Shown: positions 58,294 to 64,000 of the stretch, piece by piece | How the letters are laid out: each line of letters starts with the position of its first letter | How positions within the stretch are numbered: position 1 is the stretch's first letter | Virus record (IMG/VR): IMGVR_UViG_3300027972_000001 | Span: 1 to 64,000 of that record | Strand: one strand, 5' to 3' | Length of the DNA stretch: 64,000 bases | Source of the DNA: a virus | Notes under the pieces: model-generated | Told to the model about the DNA's origin: nothing | Seen by the model: the letters and a program-made list of their open reading frames with translations, nothing else | Database searches by the model: none | Position numbers and translations under genes: made by a program

Positions 58294-60687
58294 TTATTTA
58301 TTAGAAAAATAAGAATCTTTAAAATAATTTTCAACACTTTCTAATGAATCAAATATACTAGGAACTCCTTGTGGAATACCAGCAACATCTGTCTGATATA
58401 ATAACAATCCACCTTTAGGATTACTAGTTAATTTAAAATTATATCTATTTCCATCTGCCCAAGGAACGTTAGTAAAATATTGTTCTCCTATATCATTAAA
58501 AGAAACATTTGGATTAAATTCTCTAGCTCTAGCTAATGTATTTTCAATTTCTTCAAAATAATGACGATACATATTATTTGCTACAGTCTGTTGTACCCAA
58601 TCATTAGCCTCTCCAGTAGCGACATTACTATTAGCAACATTTGCTAAAAAATTCATAAATTCAAATCTAATTCCAACATTAGGTTCAATAATATATGTAT
58701 CTTGCTCTAATGGAGTAACTTCTTTATTTTTAGGTGTAATACGTAAAAAGAAATTTGTTCCATTATGTTGTCCTTTAGGAACTTCTAAATTAAAATTATA
58801 TAATGCTGGATTTCCATCTTGTAAATCTTGAGATATTACTTGTCCTAAATTTTCTCTACCATCTTTATACTTTGTTGCTTGATTTTTAATACTAAATTCA
58901 CTAGCATTAGTTTGTGCGAAATTATTTAAACTTTCAATAAGTTTAGAAGGTTTTCCATCACTGTCAGTTAAAATAGCAGTTTCATATGAAACCTTTACAC
59001 CTTTTTCTTGTATTGCTTTAGTAAGAGCATAATTGAAAGATTTTCTTGTTCTAGCCATATCAGAATCAGTATATACACTTAAATCTTTATCTGATTTATA
59101 TTGACGTACAAGAAACCCAACATCTTGTGTTTCTTTTTCATTAGGTTCAAAAAGATATTTTGGTAAAGTAGAATTAACATCTTCAGTTTGTCCACTAATA
59201 TACTTAATAATATAATCTTTATTTTTTATAATTAAATCTCTATCGATTTTATTTCTAGCATTTTTAGTAAATTCTTTAAATAATTCGTCTGCATATACAC
59301 CACCTTCTACAGATTTTAAATAAGAACTTCTTAATATTCTTTCCTGATTTCTAATATTTTTTATTTCATAGTCCAATTGATTATATCTAGTATAATCTTC
59401 ATTTTTTCTAGTAATTGGATCAACATTTATTGAAGATCGTTCTTCAATTAATTTTCCCAATAGATCTTGTGTTTCAGTAGCATTATAGTCATTTAATTTG
59501 ACATTTGTTGTAAGTCCAGGATTAACATAATAAAAATCTTGATCATCTCTCAATTTATCAGCTCTTGCCATGTTATAGAAAAACATTTCATCTTTAATTA
59601 CTTTATGATCTATTTCATTATATCCAAATTGTCTACCAAAATTAACTATTTTATCAGTATCTAAATCAGTAAGTACTTTTTTATACATTTGTTGTACTGC
59701 TTCTCTATCACTTAATCCTTGTTCACGTAAATTACCATATAATCCAGTTTCCTTTAAATTAGGTGACATAGCTTTAACAACCATACTAGTAATAATACCA
59801 TTTATTCCAGGAAGATGAACTTTATTGCTCCAAGTATTCCATTTATCATCAACATCAATACCTAATGCTCTAAAATCAGAAGGAGTTAAATCTTTTTGTA
59901 TAAAGTCACCATACTCATCTTGTAAATAATTACCTTTTTCATCACGTTCAGTTACAGCATTGAATATTTCACTGTCATTAATATAATCATAATATTGTTT
60001 AACTTCTGGGGTACTATTAATCCATGCTTTAACAGCTTCTCCTAATTTATTAGGATCTTTACCTTTATTTGTATATAAATCTACATACCCTCTAAGATTA
60101 CCATTAGATTTGTATATTTCCATTATATCAGTGCCAGGCATTGCCAAAGTATCAGCATGTTGATTAAGTAATGTAACAATTTCTAATACTTTCTTTTCAG
60201 TATCTACTTTAGGTGGTGGTACAGGTGCTGCCCATCTATTTATTGCTTGACCATTTTCATCAAGTTCAATAGCTTTAGTATTATATCTTTTAGTATTAGT
60301 ATAAAAAGCATCTAAAGCTTTTTTATCAATCTTACCTTCTTCAAATTGTTTTTGAACATCTTGTTTAGTCGCTTGTTCTTTAGCATAATCTTCCATTGAA
60401 GCATTTAATGCTTTATCATTAGTTAATCTATCTTTAGCATTATATAAAATATTACTAGCATAATGCCATTTACCATTAACTTCATTAAGCATATTTTCAA
60501 CATCAGTAGTTGCTTTAGCTAAATGTCCAATATTCCTATCTTCAACTTTAACATTAGCCATAGCTTGTCGCAATAAACTAGATTGTTCTCTATTTCTATA
60601 ATATTTAGATTCAAGTAACTCACCAGTTCTTTCATAAGTTGAAATAGGAAGAGGCTTATAAGTAGATTGAAATTGAGCAAATTTCAT
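58294..60687 (-). CDS. Virion cargo/ejection protein
   Basis: 797 aa; N-terminal FQSTYKPLP, directly upstream of the vRNAP as in crAss-like phages. Confidence 0.65.
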   Translation of the reverse strand: MKFAQFQSTYKPLPISTYERTGELLESKYYRNREQSSLLRQAMANVKVEDRNIGHLAKATTDVENMLNEVNGKWHYASNILYNAKDRLTNDKALNASMEDYAKEQATKQDVQKQFEEGKIDKKALDAFYTNTKRYNTKAIELDENGQAINRWAAPVPPPKVDTEKKVLEIVTLLNQHADTLAMPGTDIMEIYKSNGNLRGYVDLYTNKGKDPNKLGEAVKAWINSTPEVKQYYDYINDSEIFNAVTERDEKGNYLQDEYGDFIQKDLTPSDFRALGIDVDDKWNTWSNKVHLPGINGIITSMVVKAMSPNLKETGLYGNLREQGLSDREAVQQMYKKVLTDLDTDKIVNFGRQFGYNEIDHKVIKDEMFFYNMARADKLRDDQDFYYVNPGLTTNVKLNDYNATETQDLLGKLIEERSSINVDPITRKNEDYTRYNQLDYEIKNIRNQERILRSSYLKSVEGGVYADELFKEFTKNARNKIDRDLIIKNKDYIIKYISGQTEDVNSTLPKYLFEPNEKETQDVGFLVRQYKSDKDLSVYTDSDMARTRKSFNYALTKAIQEKGVKVSYETAILTDSDGKPSKLIESLNNFAQTNASEFSIKNQATKYKDGRENLGQVISQDLQDGNPALYNFNLEVPKGQHNGTNFFLRITPKNKEVTPLEQDTYIIEPNVGIRFEFMNFLANVANSNVATGEANDWVQQTVANNMYRHYFEEIENTLARAREFNPNVSFNDIGEQYFTNVPWADGNRYNFKLTSNPKGGLLLYQTDVAGIPQGVPSIFDSLESVENYFKDSYFSNK

Positions 60688-60705
60688 AGTAATATATTTA
60701 ATAAA

Positions 60706-62778
60706 TTAACGAGCAAATGAATATCTTCTTTTTCTTCTTACAATTTTACCACCACGTTTATATTCTTCTTTTAATCCAAAAGCATCAGTTCCAATACTAT
60801 CTTTCCATCTAGCTTTTAAACTGTTCATCATATCTTTATCACGAAGAATAGTATTAAATTCACTTATAGCACCTTGAACATTTCCTAATTTAGCACTTTC
60901 AAGATCACCCATCTGTTCATTAGCACTAATTTTAGCATTAAGTTTCATTAATGATGTTTGATTAAGAGTATCATTATTAGCTGCATTATTCTGCATAATA
61001 CCAATAGTATTTTGATTTCTTAATCCAGTTCTAATATTATTACGATTAGCATATACAGAACCTAATTGATTAACTCTATTTCTATTTGCACTATTTTTTA
61101 ATGCACTAGCAATAGCAGGATCAACACCTTGTAATCCAGATATAGAAGAAGTGTATCCTTGATTAATACTACTTACCTGATCATTTACATCTACATTTTC
61201 ATTTAGTAAATAATTCTTATTTAATGTAGGAGTATATGCAAGTGCATCATTAAGACTATTCTGTATTAAATTTCCTTGACGTTTAGTAGCACGATTACTC
61301 ATTAAAAGATTACCTACTGTACCTGCTGCACCCATAATAGTATTCATATCTAACTCTTTTTCTTTAAGTTTACTAAAATCAAATTTAGTTTTACCTTTTT
61401 TAGCAAGAGCATGAACTTGTTTAGCAGATGAAGCATAAGGATTAGTCATTACTTCTCCTAGTTTACTAGTAGAATATTGTACTTGACCTAGTTTAGAAGT
61501 ACTATATAATGGAGTACCAATAGTAAGAGGTTTCTTTTTAGGATGTAGTTCATTATATAGATTTATGCCATCAGGAACTCTTTTTCCTTTTCCAGCAACT
61601 TTATTATTCATAATAATTAAATTAGCTTGTTGATCTTCAATACTATTCTTATTATTCTTATTCTTTAATTTCTCAAGTGCTAAATATCTTTGAGCAAATC
61701 CAAGACGTTTACTAAGAACAAATGGAGTTAATGGCATATTTTTATCATTAACTAGAACTTCACCAGGTTCACCAATAGCTAATGTCTTACCATTCTTTTT
61801 TAAAGGGATATTTTGTCCAGATTCATGTGTACCTGTAAATCCACCAGATTTGTTAGTAAGAATTTTATCTCCTTGTCCTAAATTAATACCTTTACCAGCT
61901 ATTTTGCCACCAAATTGTTTCATACCAGTAAGTTTATAATATTCTTTATTTGCTTTAAACTTCTGATTAGAATTAGATACTTCCATAGGAACAATTTCCC
62001 ATATTTTTCCTTCTTCATTTGCTGTTCCTATTTTAAGAGGTTCGCCTTTTTTATTTACAGGTCTTGGTATATATTTATAACGATTAGAATTTGCATCCAT
62101 ATATGCTCTTCTCATTTCTGTAGTTATTGGAGTAGTAGTATCTTTAATATATCCTGAAGCTATCATATCAGCATTAACTTCTAATATTGCACGAGGACGT
62201 ACAATATTATTTTTAACAATCATTTTAGTTGATTGTTTAGTCAATCTAGTAGGATTTTCTAATTGTCCACCTTCTGGTCTATGTTTAGCCATTTTTCTAA
62301 ATGTTTTAGCTAGATTATATCTTTTAGAACCTGGAGGACAAGAAGAACTTCCAAATTTACTTCCAGTACAAACACCTTCTGTTCCTCTGCGTTTTATACT
62401 AGCAGTAGCCTTTTGTATCCAACCACCTTTCTTCATAAATAAACTATTTTGATTTGAAAGATCAAGACCAGCTAAATAATTAGTATCATTAGCTCTAGTT
62501 TGTTTCTTTTGCATTTGTAATGCTCTAACACGTTCTTCTTCTTTAGCTTGAGCAATAAGAGCATCTTGCTCTTTCTGTGCTTTTATTTTTTTATTTTCTG
62601 CTTTATTTCCAGTTAAAGCACCAATTATTAATCCAGCACCACCTGCAATTTTACCAGCAACTGGTCCAAACATAGAACCAATACTAGAACCCATTTGATA
62701 TCCAGTACTAGCACCAGTTAATGCACCACCCCAGTCTTTGCGAGGAAATTTACTATAATAACCAGCAGTATATCTCAT
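60706..62778 (-). CDS. Virion cargo protein with Gly-rich TM-like N-terminus
   Basis: Start reassigned to ATG 62778. Gly/Ala-rich hydrophobic N-terminus, GTHESG...EPGEV...VLSKRL motif and repeated xxGG motifs. Confidence 0.7.
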   Translation of the reverse strand: MRYTAGYYSKFPRKDWGGALTGASTGYQMGSSIGSMFGPVAGKIAGGAGLIIGALTGNKAENKKIKAQKEQDALIAQAKEEERVRALQMQKKQTRANDTNYLAGLDLSNQNSLFMKKGGWIQKATASIKRRGTEGVCTGSKFGSSSCPPGSKRYNLAKTFRKMAKHRPEGGQLENPTRLTKQSTKMIVKNNIVRPRAILEVNADMIASGYIKDTTTPITTEMRRAYMDANSNRYKYIPRPVNKKGEPLKIGTANEEGKIWEIVPMEVSNSNQKFKANKEYYKLTGMKQFGGKIAGKGINLGQGDKILTNKSGGFTGTHESGQNIPLKKNGKTLAIGEPGEVLVNDKNMPLTPFVLSKRLGFAQRYLALEKLKNKNNKNSIEDQQANLIIMNNKVAGKGKRVPDGINLYNELHPKKKPLTIGTPLYSTSKLGQVQYSTSKLGEVMTNPYASSAKQVHALAKKGKTKFDFSKLKEKELDMNTIMGAAGTVGNLLMSNRATKRQGNLIQNSLNDALAYTPTLNKNYLLNENVDVNDQVSSINQGYTSSISGLQGVDPAIASALKNSANRNRVNQLGSVYANRNNIRTGLRNQNTIGIMQNNAANNDTLNQTSLMKLNAKISANEQMGDLESAKLGNVQGAISEFNTILRDKDMMNSLKARWKDSIGTDAFGLKEEYKRGGKIVRRKRRYSFAR

Positions 62779-62779
62779 A

Positions 62780-64000
62780 TCATAAAATATTTTTGGCTTC
62801 AATACCAATATTAGAAATACGAATCTTTTTATTACTAGAACTATTAGTATATATTAATCTCATTACTATAAATTTAGTAATAAATTTTGACTTTTCATAA
62901 TAAAGTTTAGATAAATTTAATGCAGAACTTAATAAATTATAATTAGCATCTAGAAAAACACTATTTGGAGTACTTAAATAATCTTTAATATCGTCAAATA
63001 CCCATTCGCCATCTTTAAACATTGCATTACCAGTATCTTCCATGACATATGTACCGCCATTATAACTATAACTTCTTTTAGCAATAGTTATTTCTTCAGT
63101 ACATAAATTTTTAGAATATATAAGTAATTTACTAATAGTTTCATTCCAATAATTAATTTCTCCAGATTCTATATTACTAACCCATTTAACATGTCTAAGA
63201 AGGAATCTTTCAGCTGTATTACTATTAAAAATAAAATCTGTACTACTTGGAAAATATACACCTTCATATAGTCCATAATTACTAGATAACATTTTATATA
63301 TAATACCATTATTAAAACAATATAGACCATTACTATTCCATGTATATTTATCAGGAATATAATCATGAAAAGCAATCCAATTCATTTTTTCAAATTGGAA
63401 ACTTAAAGTAAAATCATTAATTGTTAATATTCCACCCGTAATTGCACCAGTAGTTGAAGCAGTTGTAGTGTATGTAAAAGTTTTATCTCCAGTTACAGTA
63501 ATAGAAAATACGCCATTACATACTGTAACATCCCAATTTAACATTCTTATAAAATTACCACTACTAAGTCCATGATTACTAACAGTAGTAACAGTTACTG
63601 TAATACCACCAGTTCCACTTCTAATAGCTGATGTTACTGCAATAGGAGAATTTCTTAAAGTAATAAGTAATCTTTTATAAATATCATCATATCCTAAAGC
63701 AACTCCACTTCCAATGCCTTCTTTAGTAGCACTAAAGGACATAACACTCTTAATTCTATTTCTAAACCAATCTTCAATACCAAGTTTAGTAATTTCATTA
63801 GCTTTATCAGATATAACATAAATACTACCTTTATCTAGATCAACTGTTACTAAACCATATGGAGTAAGAATAGTACCTTCCTTATTCCAAGGTCTAATAT
63901 AAGCACCATCTGCATCTAGTAATTCTTCTAATGGTCTATCAAATATTTCTGAACTTTTAAGTGCAACATCTATATTTCCAGTAACAAGTTTATCAACAAT
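62780..64000 (-). CDS. Tail stabilisation/muzzle protein, 5'-truncated by window edge
   Basis: Frame is open from 64000 (IVDKLVTGN...ILTPYGLVTVD...GIEDWFRN), not only from 63742. GYDDIYKRLLIT and FTLSF...WIAFHDYIP resemble crAss muzzle motifs. Confidence 0.8.
   Translation of the reverse strand: MVDKLVTGNIDVALKSSEIFDRPLEELLDADGAYIRPWNKEGTILTPYGLVTVDLDKGSIYVISDKANEITKLGIEDWFRNRIKSVMSFSATKEGIGSGVALGYDDIYKRLLITLRNSPIAVTSAIRSGTGGITVTVTTVSNHGLSSGNFIRMLNWDVTVCNGVFSITVTGDKTFTYTTTASTTGAITGGILTINDFTLSFQFEKMNWIAFHDYIPDKYTWNSNGLYCFNNGIIYKMLSSNYGLYEGVYFPSSTDFIFNSNTAERFLLRHVKWVSNIESGEINYWNETISKLLIYSKNLCTEEITIAKRSYSYNGGTYVMEDTGNAMFKDGEWVFDDIKDYLSTPNSVFLDANYNLLSSALNLSKLYYEKSKFITKFIVMRLIYTNSSSNKKIRISNIGIEAKNIL

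Noticed and set aside
1-64000. Genome-wide TAG or TGA stop-codon reassignment, known in some Crassvirales
   Set aside because: Structural genes, including the 18-kb ORF, are intact in code 11. TAG (8618, 15073, 40099) and TGA (many ATGA overlaps) act as real stops.
1-64000. tRNA genes, CRISPR array, DGR/reverse transcriptase, integrase or invertase
   Set aside because: I saw no cloverleaf/T-loop pattern, regularly spaced repeats, RT motifs or recombinase motifs by eye. tRNAscan-SE would be the definitive test for tRNAs.

Overview
This is a 64 kb, very AT-rich segment of a crAss-like (Crassvirales-type) Bacteroidota phage genome, read in the standard genetic code. It has three blocks. (1) 1-7578, minus strand: packaging and lysis genes (partial portal, TerL, putative TerS, amidase, PD-(D/E)XK nuclease, IHF/HU-like, GroES-like, holin-like). 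(2) 8103-40003, plus strand: an early/middle block of many small ORFs plus replication and nucleotide-metabolism genes (RNAP alpha-CTD-like, Dda/RecD helicase, degenerate UDG, PolB, SF2 helicase, RecT-like, primase, dNMP kinase, ThyX, ligase, Gp157, DUF932, dUTPase, GIY-YIG). (3) 40099-64000, minus strand: a 6063-aa virion RNA polymerase polyprotein, two cargo proteins and a partial muzzle/tail-stabilisation gene. The main leads are: (a) a family of related U/G-rich 3'-UTR elements just upstream of terminators that look like anti-start-codon seeds, one of which can pair over 16 contiguous nt with the start region of the first early gene; (b) a bistable terminator/anti-terminator after the holin-like gene; (c) ART-like, ASCH-like, NADAR-like and degenerate zincin modules embedded in the RNAP polyprotein, with a repeated [VI]-[SD]-[FY]-[TS]-S motif at module borders; (d) a gene split by a single in-frame TGA. 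All protein family calls come from motif recognition by eye, not from database searches.
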